Positions 31,490 to 40,752 are shown, counted from the stretch's first letter. The stretch is 64,000 nucleotides of DNA from Spirochaetia bacterium (GCA_965198005.1 CBDAOI010000002.1:160001-224000), one strand, 5' to 3'. Notes: a model not told the origin generated them from the letters alone. Translations and numbers: made by a program.

Positions 31490-32188
31490 ATGTGCTATGC
31501 CCCTGACTCCGATCTGGTCGAGCGTGTCATCCTCCGGTGCGTGGTCGGCTCGCGCGCCTACGGACTTGAGCGGGAGGGCTCCGACACCGATCGCCGCGGC
31601 GTGTACCTGCCGCCCGCCGATCTGCACTGGTCGCTGGCGGGGGCGCCGCCGCAACTGCAGAACGACGCCACCCAGGAGGTGTATTGGGAGCTCCGGAAGT
31701 TCATTACGCTCGCCTTGAAAGCCAATCCGAACGTTCTGGAGTGTCTCTATACGCCGCTGGTGGAGACTGCCACGCCGCTGGGCGAGGAACTGCTCGCCAT
31801 GAAGGGGTGCTTTCTCTCCAAGCTGGTGCACCAGACCTACACGCACTACGTGGAGGCGCAGTTCAGGCGCATGCAGTCCGCGCTGCGCAATCGGGGTGAG
31901 GTGAAGTGGAGGCACGCGATGCACCTGCTGCGACTGCTGCTGTCCGGCATCACGGTGCTGCAGGAGGGTGTCGTCGCCGTCGACGTGAGCGAGCACCGGG
32001 AGCGGCTGCTGGCCGTCAGGTCCGGCAGGGTCAGGTGGGAGCAGGTGGACGAGTGGCGGATGGAGCTGGTCGCTGATTTCAACGCCGCGTTGGCGCGCAC
32101 CTCCCTGCCGGCGCAGCCCGACTACGAACGCGCCGACCGGTTTCTGATCCGCGCCCGCCGGCGCGCGGTTGAGGATCGACTGCCATGA
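31490..32188 (+). CDS. DNA polymerase beta-superfamily nucleotidyltransferase (YcgL/RlaP-like)
   Basis: VVGSRAYGL...SDTDRRG, WELRKF..LALKANPNVLECL, HAMHLLRLL. Confidence 0.88.
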   Translation: MCYAPDSDLVERVILRCVVGSRAYGLEREGSDTDRRGVYLPPADLHWSLAGAPPQLQNDATQEVYWELRKFITLALKANPNVLECLYTPLVETATPLGEELLAMKGCFLSKLVHQTYTHYVEAQFRRMQSALRNRGEVKWRHAMHLLRLLLSGITVLQEGVVAVDVSEHRERLLAVRSGRVRWEQVDEWRMELVADFNAALARTSLPAQPDYERADRFLIRARRRAVEDRLP

Positions 32189-33006
32189 GCCCGCTCGCCC
32201 CGGGCGCGCAGCTCACCGGCGACGCGGGCTTGCAGCGGCTGGTGGACCGGCATCCCCATCCACTGCTGTTCGTCACGATCAGCGGCGCGCATCTGTACGG
32301 GTTTCCGTCCCCCGATTCCGACTGCGATCTGCGCGGCGTCCACCTGTTGTCGCTGGAGCGGGTGATCGGCCTCGACCGCGGCGGCGACACCGTGGAGACG
32401 TCGCACCAGCTCGCCGGGATGGAGATCGACCTGGTGACGCACGACGCGCGCAAGTTCTTCGGTCTGCTGCTCAAGCCGAACGGGTACGTGCTGGAGCAGG
32501 TGCGCTCGCCGCTGATCGTGCGCACCACGCCCGCGCACGAGGAGTTGAAGGCGATCGCCGCCGAGTGCGTGACCCGCCGTCACGAGCGTCACTACCGCGG
32601 GTTCGCCGCCGGGCAATGGAAGCTGTTCGAGCGCGAGCAGCCACCCCGGATCAAGCCGTTGTTGTACGTGTATCGCGTGCTCCTGACCGGCATTCACCTG
32701 ATGCGGACGGGCGTAGTCGAGGCCAACCTGAGCACCCTCAACGACAGCGCCAAGCTGCCCTACCTCGACGAACTGATCGCGCGCAAGGTCGCCGGCCCGG
32801 AACAGGACCACCTGCCGCCGACCGATCTGCGACTCCATGCGGCGGAGTACGAGCGCTTGGTCGGCGTCCTGCGCGCGGCGGCGGATGCCTCCCACCTGCC
32901 GGAGCAGCCGCGCGCCAAGCCGGCCCTGCACGACCTGCTGCTACGGCTGCGATTGCACGGACTCGACCGCGTACGCGATCCAGCACTTGGTCACCAGCGG
33001 ATCTGA
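32185..33006 (+). CDS. Second YcgL/RlaP-like nucleotidyltransferase
   Basis: TISGAHLYGFPSPDSDCDLRG, HDARKF..LLKPNGYVLE, KPLLYVYRVLLTG; ATGA overlap. Confidence 0.88.
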   Translation: MSPLAPGAQLTGDAGLQRLVDRHPHPLLFVTISGAHLYGFPSPDSDCDLRGVHLLSLERVIGLDRGGDTVETSHQLAGMEIDLVTHDARKFFGLLLKPNGYVLEQVRSPLIVRTTPAHEELKAIAAECVTRRHERHYRGFAAGQWKLFEREQPPRIKPLLYVYRVLLTGIHLMRTGVVEANLSTLNDSAKLPYLDELIARKVAGPEQDHLPPTDLRLHAAEYERLVGVLRAAADASHLPEQPRAKPALHDLLLRLRLHGLDRVRDPALGHQRI

Positions 33007-33233
33007 GGTAGATATCTCTTGAGGCAGTCCCAGATCTGGAAGAACCTCGCTAACTTGCGGACGTGACCCGTCTGTATTTCGGGGTCCGAGGCCCCGTGCC
33101 TTCCTTTGGGGAAGAAACGATAAAGCAGGCCATTGAACTCGAACCAAATGTGGTGAGTCTTTGGATGCATCCTATACCCAGGCGCACACTCGTCCATGGC
33201 GACGGTTACAGCTGACAACCGAATCTGGGACAT
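32991..33233 (-). CDS. Small HicA-like protein (putative toxin)
   Basis: 80 aa; KTHHIWF...PKGRHG..PEIQTGHVRKLAR resembles the HicA pattern. Confidence 0.5.
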   Translation of the reverse strand: MSQIRLSAVTVAMDECAPGYRMHPKTHHIWFEFNGLLYRFFPKGRHGASDPEIQTGHVRKLARFFQIWDCLKRYLPQIRW

Positions 33234-33236
33234 TGC

Positions 33237-33824
33237 TCAGACGAAAAAAAACATTATCGTGGGGACGAAGCGAGCTTCTGACTCCCGCACCAAAACCGAC
33301 GGACCGGGCTCTCCAGGATGCTGCGCAATCCGTATAGACAGCTCGAAAATAGCCCTACGACTCGCCTCGGGTGCGATTGAGGCCCACTCACGTTCCGAAT
33401 CCGGATCCGTCGCACTCAGGAACTCGGAAGCAGCCTCCCGGTATGTCTCAATGCTGGTGTATTCACCTGCCAAATCGCGGAACATGCCGGTAAGGTTGCG
33501 GCGCAAGTCCTCTTTGGCGCTATCGAAATCGAGACCCGTAGCCGCAATTGCTCCAGGGTGAACTCCATATATCCACCATCGTTGCCGCCCGTCGCCGTCT
33601 CGATGCGATTGCAGGGTCGCCGTGCCGACTAGTTCGATGAGAGTGTTGACGCCATGAACTTCCACCGATATGCTATACTTGAAAACCAGCCGGGCATGAA
33701 CGGACCAAACTTGAGCTTGGTTCACAAGTATATAACGTTGCATGGCCTCCAATAACGTGGGGGCCTGATCTGATCGGTTGGCTGGGGCGGGAACCGTTAT
33801 CGTTAGAGACAGGGATTCGTTCAT
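33237..33824 (-). CDS. Hypothetical protein with HicB-like segment
   Basis: HPGAIAATGLDFDSAKEDLRRNL resembles HicB N-domain; coupled to neighbours. Confidence 0.45.
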   Translation of the reverse strand: MNESLSLTITVPAPANRSDQAPTLLEAMQRYILVNQAQVWSVHARLVFKYSISVEVHGVNTLIELVGTATLQSHRDGDGRQRWWIYGVHPGAIAATGLDFDSAKEDLRRNLTGMFRDLAGEYTSIETYREAASEFLSATDPDSEREWASIAPEASRRAIFELSIRIAQHPGEPGPSVLVRESEARFVPTIMFFFV

Positions 33825-34180
33825 GATGGCGACTCCGCCAATAGGCCTTCGTACGCGAACGCAAAACCCGCTGCTTCCAGAGCCTCGGCGGTTTGCTCTT
33901 TATCAGCGTCCGGCAGGAAGTATTCAGACGGACCGGGGCTGAGGATCGATACACATCCGATGTTCTCCAAACCGGCCCGTATCAGCGTCAACGGAGGGAC
34001 CTGTAGTAGGCTTACCCTCACGGAGGATAGTGGAAACCCCGTGTAGGGACGGAACCCCATGTCCTTTAACGCTTGATGTATCTGCCTCGGAGACCAATCG
34101 GGCGGAGCGTCATAAGAGCTGTGGCTGAGAGTGTCGTCCCATTCCAGGCAAGCAGTGTATCTCACTCCTTCGTGCCCCAT
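33821..34180 (-). CDS. Hypothetical protein
   Basis: GGAGGT RBS before ATG; ATGA overlap with next gene. Confidence 0.6.
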   Translation of the reverse strand: MGHEGVRYTACLEWDDTLSHSSYDAPPDWSPRQIHQALKDMGFRPYTGFPLSSVRVSLLQVPPLTLIRAGLENIGCVSILSPGPSEYFLPDADKEQTAEALEAAGFAFAYEGLLAESPS

Positions 34181-34296
34181 GATCTACCTCCGCCACCGTA
34201 ACGGCAGCCGGACAGTAAGTCAACCTTGCAGAGTTCGTTCAGAGCGCAAGTAACGTGTACCTTGACGGCTACCCGAACTCACTTCGTTGCAGGCGG

Positions 34297-35195
34297 TCAG
34301 TGGATGGAGGCGTGCTCCTCGAAGATCGGCTGCATGGACTGGTCGACGAGCATGGCGGCCATCTCGGCGTCGGAGGGGCGCGGAGCCGGGGCCTCGGCAG
34401 CGGCCAGGACCAGCGGCAGGCGGTCGAGGTCGCCCACGGTGTTGATGAAGGCGGGGGCAAAGCTCAAGGCGCAGGACACGGCGCGGGCGATGTTGTCGGG
34501 TGAATCGAGCGGCTCGTACCAGGGGCCGCGGCCGCGCGGGCGGCCGGCCCAGGGACGTCGCGCCACCGACTTGATGAGCTGCACCGCGACGTCGCGCTCG
34601 ACGCACAGCGCCTTGAGGCGCATGAAGTCGCCGTAGTAGTGCGGGTCGGTGGCCAGCACGTAGTTCATCGGCAGCAGCACGGCGTCGAACGGAAAGCGCC
34701 GCAGGCCGCGCAGGTGCATGCGCGCCGCGGCCAGGCCGTGGCCGGTCACGCCGATGAAGCGCACGCTGCCCTGCTCGCGCGCCGCGATCAACTCCTCCAG
34801 TGCGCCGGCAGGACCCAGCGCGGTTTCCCATCCCGCGTCGTCCGTGAGGTTGTGCAACTGGATCAGGTCGATGGTGTCGGGACCGCAGCCGGCGCCGCGA
34901 CATTTCCAACTGGGCGCGCGCCCCTTCCGCTCGTGCGCTGGTCGGTCTTGGTGGCCAGGAAGAAGCGGTCGCGGTGCCGTTCCATCCAAGCGCCGATCAA
35001 CACTTCGGAGTTGCCGCCCCCGTAGCTGTGCGCGGTATCAACGTGATTGACGCCGTAGTGCAGCAGCAGGTCGAGCACGCGGTCGGCCGCGGCCCTGGTC
35101 GACTCCGGACTGAAGGCGGCACCGCCGAACAGGGCCAGCGTGCTGTGGTGGCCGGTAGCGCCGAACGGTTGGGTCGGAACCATGGTCCCGCCATG
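34297..35195 (-). pseudogene. Aldo/keto reductase paralogue, frameshifted
   Basis: Colinear with 29219..30115, with indels around 34880-34935. Confidence 0.9.
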
Positions 35196-35315
35196 ATTTC
35201 AGCGAATCTGGTGCGCGTCGAGCCAGGAGCGGACGCAACGGTCGGGACGGACGGGCGTGGTCAAGGCCAACGATGCAGCACCTCGGAAACGGCGCTATCC
35301 TCGACCTGTACGCTG

Positions 35316-35702
35316 ATGAGATCGAGCGAGCTGGATTTCTCAGTCCCGGCCAACGACGACGTTGCGGCGATCAGGAATCGGTTGGCTGCACTTCGCGCTG
35401 AGCAGACGGCTCTGGAGGCGAGGCTCGCCGAGCTCGACACGGATGATCCTGGCGCTCAAACCGGCCGTTACGTCGGCGAAGGTTTCGATGACGCCAGGCT
35501 CGACACGCTGTTCCTCACGATGCCCATCGCTTGGCGGGGGACGCTCGCCCAGTATGCCGGGCGCCTGCACCGCATTCATCCCAACAAGCGCGAGGTGATC
35601 GTATATGACTATGTCGACGGCGAAGTTCCGGTGCTGGCCCGCATGAGCCTCAAGCGGATCACGGGCTTCAAGAGCCTGGGCTACTCGATCGCCGCTCCAT
35701 AG
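35316..35702 (+). pseudogene. Internally deleted SF2 helicase remnant
   Basis: Short coiled-coil N-terminus joined to GRYVGEGFDDARLDTLFLTMPIAW.GTLAQYAGRLHR...VYDYVD. Confidence 0.7.
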
Positions 35703-35729
35703 GCAGGCACGTGCGCCGCCTGCCGAACT

Positions 35730-36071
35730 CTACGCGTGATCCCGCCGGGAACTCTCGCCGATCTCTACGAGTCGGCCTCGGCTGACCTTGGAAAGTGTAT
35801 CGACAACGGCAGGCATGAGTGGTACGAGTGCTGCGATGTCCTTGCTCTTGGACCTCAACACCATGACGGCAATCTCGAACGACGGAACATCTTGTTGATA
35901 CCCGATGCTACTGTCCACCGTAAGGAATACGTCGAAATGAGCGGCAGCCAAGCTCAATAGCTCGCCATTCTGAACGCCCGCCCAGCCCATCTCCGGTACC
36001 GTCCTGACGTCATGACCCTTGAGCTCTGCTCTGAGGCGACGCAGTAGACACTCATCAAGCAGGATGCGCCT
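35730..36071 (-). pseudogene. DUF5615 PIN-like (VapC45-type) toxin lacking its ATG
   Basis: RILLDECL...HDVRTV.EMGWAG..NGELL...FDVFLTVD; the expected Met codon reads AGG (36069-36071). Confidence 0.8.
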
Positions 36072-36276
36072 CAGACGTCAGAGCTTCTTTCGCTTGTTCC
36101 AGCACTGCTATCGCCTGGTTGTGGGTGACGGTCGGGAAATCATCCAGGAATTCTGCCAGTGGGCGACCAGCCTCCAGGTAGTCGAGCAAGGCTTGGACGG
36201 GGACGCGGGTGCCGACGAAGACCGTGGTACCGCCGAGAATGCCAGGATCGCTGTGAATGACTCTCCGTTTCCGCAT
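36055..36276 (-). CDS. DUF433 antitoxin (VapB45-type)
   Basis: IHSDPGILGGTTVFVGTRVPV..LLDYLEAG....FLDDFPTV; GGAGGTG RBS. Confidence 0.92.
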   Translation of the reverse strand: MRKRRVIHSDPGILGGTTVFVGTRVPVQALLDYLEAGRPLAEFLDDFPTVTHNQAIAVLEQAKEALTSEAHPA

Positions 36277-36353
36277 AACGGAGCACCTCCAGGGCTCTTT
36301 GTCTACCATTGTCTACCATAAACCGTAACCAACAACCATAACCATAACCCTGT

Positions 36354-37292
36354 CTACGGACGTTGGGCGTCGAGGAACGCGCGCACGCGCTCGGGCACCA
36401 GCAGGTCGGGCTGGGCCAGCAAGGCCGCCAGCCGCTGCGGGTCGGCGAAGCCGTTTTGCAGCGCCGTCTGCAGCGCCTTGAGCCCCGCGTACGGGGCCTC
36501 CACCTCGGTGAGCAGAATGACCGCGCGCTCGAATTCGACCTCGGCGTAGAGGTCCCGGCGCTCGGGACTGCCGCCGCCGCCGCGCGCCCCGAGCGCTACG
36601 AGCGCAAGCTCGTAGGCGCGCAGGGCCGCCACGTAGCTCTCCCGCCGGGTCTCGACCCGGGCCAGCGCGACCAGGGCGTCCACGTCGTGGGGATGCACCT
36701 CGAGGTACCGGGACAGCACGGGGGCGGCCGCGTCCGGCAGCCCCGAGTCCGCCAGCAGCACGCCGAGCTGATAGCGCGCCTGGTGGTCGCCGGGCTCCTG
36801 ATCGAGCAGCACGCGCAACTCGTCCGCGGCGGCCGCGCGGTCGCCCTGTTCCCAGAGCAGCATCGCGGCGTTGTAGCGGGCGGTGACGTGCGCCGGCTGC
36901 AGGTGCAGCAACTTCCGGTACACCGCCAGCGCGGCCGCGAATCGGCCCTGCCCCTGCAGCGCAGCCGCCCGCAACTCCAGCACGCGCACATTGTCGGGCG
37001 TGGCCGCGGCCAGCAGGTCCAGGTGGGGCATGGCGGCGGCCGGGTGGCCGGCCCGGATCAGGGCGGTCGCCAGGTGGAACCGTGCCCCGGGAGCGTCCGG
37101 CCGCAGCTCCAGGGCGCGCTCGAGATACGCGATCGCCCGCTCCGGCTGGTCCAGCCGCAGATAGCCGCTCCCCAGGGCCACGTACTCGTCCGCCAGCTCG
37201 GCACGGCTGAGATCCGTGGCGCAGCCCGCCAGGATCACCACGGCCAGCACCACGGCCGCCGCGGCCGCGCTCCCTGTACGCCATGCGCCCAT
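36354..37292 (-). CDS. TPR-repeat lipoprotein, duplicate copy
   Basis: Lipobox LAGC, TPR motifs; nearly identical to 43543..44487. Confidence 0.88.
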   Translation of the reverse strand: MGAWRTGSAAAAAVVLAVVILAGCATDLSRAELADEYVALGSGYLRLDQPERAIAYLERALELRPDAPGARFHLATALIRAGHPAAAMPHLDLLAAATPDNVRVLELRAAALQGQGRFAAALAVYRKLLHLQPAHVTARYNAAMLLWEQGDRAAAADELRVLLDQEPGDHQARYQLGVLLADSGLPDAAAPVLSRYLEVHPHDVDALVALARVETRRESYVAALRAYELALVALGARGGGGSPERRDLYAEVEFERAVILLTEVEAPYAGLKALQTALQNGFADPQRLAALLAQPDLLVPERVRAFLDAQRP

Positions 37293-37509
37293 CCGCACGC
37301 CGCAGTGTGCGCGATTCGCCGGAGCCGGGCCAAGTGCCCCAAGTGCCCGTGCTAGCGTAAGTTGCGCACTTTCAAGGACGATGTAGCGAGATTTGCCGGT
37401 CGCACAGATGAACGGAGGCCCCTGAGGGCGAGAGATTCTACCGGGGGACGAGTTTTTCCCCATGTAGTGATAAAGAGCATGGTAAGCAGTTTCTTGGTGC
37501 AGAAATATC

Positions 37510-37538
37510 TTGACCGCTCTCGCCCCCGTTGCTATCTT
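37510..37538 (+). promoter_or_regulatory. Putative sigma70 promoter of the IS1634 transposase
   Basis: TTGACC-17 nt-TATCTT with TG extension, 8 nt before GTG 37547. Confidence 0.6.
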
Positions 37539-37829
37539 GTGCGTGCGTGTTCATCGGTCAGCTCAAAGTCTCCCGCAACGGCCGCTCCTACACCTACCAC
37601 CGCCTCCTGCAGTCGGTACGCACCGATAACGGCCCCCGGCAGCGACTCATCCTGAGCCTCGGCACCCTCACGCTCCCCAAGTCCGAGTGGCCGCGCTTGG
37701 CCGAACGCATCCACGACAATGTCAACGTCACAAGCCCCGGGACCAAGCTCCTAAATCGGGTTTCTTACATGACCACGCCGGGCCCCGCCCGGTGGGAAGC
37801 TCCTAAGAAACAACAGTCAGGCACGACAG

Positions 37830-39245
37830 TCAGGCAGCCTCCGGGACAAGCACATAACCGAGGGCCCGAGCTTGGTTGCGGACGCGGCGTTCGAGGCGTC
37901 GCAGGTCTTGGCGTTCCTGGGCGGCGAGGATGCTGTCGTCGTACGCAACGCGATGGGTAACGAGATGGTAGATGATGCGCGCCAGTTTGTGGGCAGTCGC
38001 CGTGATCGCCTCGGGAGTACCCAGGCGCGCGCGCATCCGGCGGAAGTACTGGCCGAGGGACGAGGGGCTGCGGTACAAGCACTGGGTAGCCCAGCGTAGC
38101 GCCTGAGCAGCGCGATTGGTGCCGGGTCCGGTGTGTGCGCTGATGATCCTGCCGCCGGTGATCTGGTTGTTGGGACACAGGTTCAGCCAGGATGCGAATT
38201 GCCCCGCAGTCGGGAAGCGTGACAGGTCGGGGCCAAACTCGGTGAACAGGATCAGTGCAGTGCTTTCGCCGATGCCGGGAATGAGCGTCAGGTCGGTGCC
38301 GAACAGGCGCGCAAGGTGCGCCTTCAGGTTGAACGGCTTGGGCGGTGACTCGGTTGGCGTCGGCGGCGCATCGGCGGTCTCCTCCGCAGGGTCCTCCGCA
38401 GGGTCCTCCGCAGGGTCCTCCGCAGGGTCCTCCGCCGGCGCGCTCGGCGGCTCGTTCGTGGATTCGAACGAGCGGATGCGAGCTTCGATTTCCTGATCAC
38501 ACTCCGCGATGAGCTGTTGGTAGTGGGCATAGGTGGCACGCGCGTGACGCAGTGTAAACAGATGCTCGGAGCGCCAGTCACCTTCCAGCGCTGCAATCAG
38601 GGTGGCGCGGCTGGCTTTGATCCGCCGGTCGGCCAGATCGGCCAAGCGTGCTGGATCCCGCTCTCCGTTCAGGATGGCCTCGGTGATAGCCATCCCCGTG
38701 ACCCCGGTCAGGTCAGAGATGGCGTGGTGCAGATGGACGTTCATCTGGTCGTACGCCTTCTGCATGTGCAACACGCTCCGTGAGGCGGTCTTGATCAAGT
38801 TGTCGCGATGGCGCAGCAGGGCGCGCATCGCACAGACTTCGTCAGCGGGCCGGAACGAACCGCGCAGCAGGCCCACGGAGTGCAGGTAGCGCAGCCACTC
38901 GCAGTCGGCCACGTCGGACTTGCGTCCGGGGACCGAGTGCACGTGACGCGCGTTGACCAGCACCACGTCGAAGCCATGCGCCTCCAGGATCTGGTGCACC
39001 GGGATCCAGTAGACCCCGGTCGACTCCATCGCCACAGTGGTTACCTGGCATTCCTTGAGCCAGTTGGCCAAAGCGTGCAGGTCGCCAGTAAAGGTGGGAA
39101 AGTTCCGGATCGGGTCCGGGTCGCGATCAGGGCGCACCGCCGCGTACACCGCCGTGGCGCCCACGTCCAAGCCCGCGGCGTCGGGATGGACGGTATTCGG
39201 TTGCGCTGAACGACTGCCTTTGCCTTTACGGCTGCGTCGTGCCAT
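37830..39245 (-). CDS. IS110-family DEDD recombinase/transposase
   Basis: GLDVG, AMESTGVYW, VNA, GRKSDVAD, IPGIG, FASWLNLCP, AITATAHKLARIIY; GGAGGA RBS. Confidence 0.95.
   Translation of the reverse strand: MARRSRKGKGSRSAQPNTVHPDAAGLDVGATAVYAAVRPDRDPDPIRNFPTFTGDLHALANWLKECQVTTVAMESTGVYWIPVHQILEAHGFDVVLVNARHVHSVPGRKSDVADCEWLRYLHSVGLLRGSFRPADEVCAMRALLRHRDNLIKTASRSVLHMQKAYDQMNVHLHHAISDLTGVTGMAITEAILNGERDPARLADLADRRIKASRATLIAALEGDWRSEHLFTLRHARATYAHYQQLIAECDQEIEARIRSFESTNEPPSAPAEDPAEDPAEDPAEDPAEETADAPPTPTESPPKPFNLKAHLARLFGTDLTLIPGIGESTALILFTEFGPDLSRFPTAGQFASWLNLCPNNQITGGRIISAHTGPGTNRAAQALRWATQCLYRSPSSLGQYFRRMRARLGTPEAITATAHKLARIIYHLVTHRVAYDDSILAAQERQDLRRLERRVRNQARALGYVLVPEAA
38380..38435 (+). repeat. 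12-bp in-frame tandem repeat (TCCTCCGCAGGG)x4.7 encoding PAED repeats
   Basis: Direct reading; protein reads PAEDPAEDPAEDPAEDPAEE. Confidence 0.95.
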
Positions 39246-39269
39246 GAGAATCCTCCGCTATGGACTGAG

Positions 39270-39445
39270 TGGGGCGGCCAAGGCGTGAGTAGCAGGTATT
39301 CTCCTAAACGGGATGATCGCCACCCAGCAGCGCCAAGCGAAGACCTCACCAATGACTACGCCACCCGCCCTGGGACCAAGCTCCTGAACGGGTTCGCCCC
39401 GCAGGGCGTAACACCAATGACGCGACGGCCTACTTTCGCGCCCCT
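39270..39445 (-). ncRNA. Putative IS110 bridge RNA A (two guide loops)
   Basis: Two modules on the minus strand: GTCAT-TGGTG-stem-CCCGT-TCAGGAG and GTCAT-TGGTG-stem-CCCGT-TTAGGAG, directly upstream of the recombinase; boundaries approximate. Confidence 0.8.
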
Positions 39446-39523
39446 ACCCAGAGATTTGCACCCATAATAGCGCTCGCCACAGTTTCTTACATGACCACGC
39501 CGGGCCCCGCCCGGTGGGAAGCT

Positions 39524-39761
39524 TCTGAGAAACAAACAAGTCAGGAATGAGCGTTCAAGGAACTGAATGGCTGTCTGGTGGCGCCCTGCTGTCCTCCTGC
39601 GTGATGGGTGGATGGCGCGGCGGGGCGTGAACGACAGGTATTCTTCTGAACGGGATGATCGCGACCGGACGATGCCAGTCCGCGATCTCACCAATGTCAA
39701 CGTCACAAGCCCCGGGACCAAGCTCCTAGTCGGGTTCGCGCCCAGCAGGGCGTCACACCAA
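39524..39761 (-). mobile_element. Recombinase-less IS110 sister element B with its own bridge-RNA-like region, truncated
   Basis: End TCTGAGAAACAAACAAGTCAGG parallels A end CCTAAGAAACAACAGTCAGG; 39620-39761 is homologous to 39280-39417; RBS-like AGGAGG on the minus strand but no recombinase ORF. Confidence 0.78.
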
Positions 39762-40752
39762 CGGAGTTGGCAGCGCGCGAGCGGGAGCTGTTCACGCTGC
39801 AAGAAACCATCATCCTGTACGACTTGAGTTCGACTTACTTCGAAGGCCTCGCGGCCAACAACGAGAAGGCGGCGCGGGGGTACTCGCGGGATCATCGACC
39901 GGACCGCAAGCAAGTAGTGGTCGGTCTGGTGCTGGATGGCGAGGGCTTTCCCAAGGCGCACGAGGTGTTCAAGGGCAACACCAAAGACGAGACCACCATG
40001 GCGCGGATGCTCGACAGCCTGGACCGCCGGATCAGTGTTCGGAGCGGGGCGGGGCGACGGTGGTAATGGACCGTGGCTTGGCGACGGACGAGAACCTGGC
40101 AGTGCTGCGCAAGCGCGGTCAGCACTATATCGTGACCACTGAACAGAGCCAGCGGCGTGAGCTGTTTCCCGAGATTGACAGTTCCGGATACGTGCCGGTG
40201 AAAGTGAACAGGAAGGGGAAAATCGTCGTCTCAGGCCAACTGCGGCGGCATCAGGGTGAGCTGTACGTGTTGTGTTACAGTGAGGCGCGGGCGGCCAAGG
40301 ATCGTGCGATACGGGAACGGTTCGCACACCTATTCGAACGGGAGTATTGTGGCTGGTATTGAGCGGTCCGTCAAATGTGGTAAAATGCGAACGCCCCCTG
40401 TGCGGGGGCGTCCACACTCTACCTGCCGCTGAGCAGGAGCCGGAGGCAGTGATTGTCTCCGGCTGCTTCGTCAACGGCGAAGGAGTCTTCTGTGGGGCAA
40501 CGCAAGCCTACCCTTCTCGACTATTTCCGCCCGAATCCTGCCGCGTGCATCTGTGGAGCGGAGTTTGATCGGCAATGCCCGGTCAACGTCACTCTCATGG
40601 ATCGCTACAGAGGTCCGGTGCAGGGCCTATTCTCGGTGGCTCAGAAGCATGGGATCACGACAGAGGAAGTGCGGGAGCACCTAACCCGCCTTCCACCTGC
40701 CCGCGTCAACTACGAGGCTTAACGCCTACGGGGCGCCTGCCCCTCCCAACCT

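Larger units (their letters stand above)
37802..39523 (-). mobile_element. Intact IS110-family element (element A)
   Basis: Bounded by CT cores at 37800-37801 and 39522-39523; sub-terminal inverted repeats TAAGAAAC / GTTTCTTA; the same ends are joined at 17286-17341. Confidence 0.88.
37547..40362 (+). pseudogene. IS1634-family transposase broken by the IS110 array, a deletion and a frameshift
   Basis: N-part YHRLLQSVRTDNGPRQRLILSLG (37547-37717); resumes at about 39761 with LYDLSSTYFEG, GYSRDHRPD.KQVVVGL, VVMDRG. Confidence 0.88.

Noticed and set aside
36313-36350. AACCAT-like degenerate hexamer run
   Set aside because: Too short and irregular to assign a function
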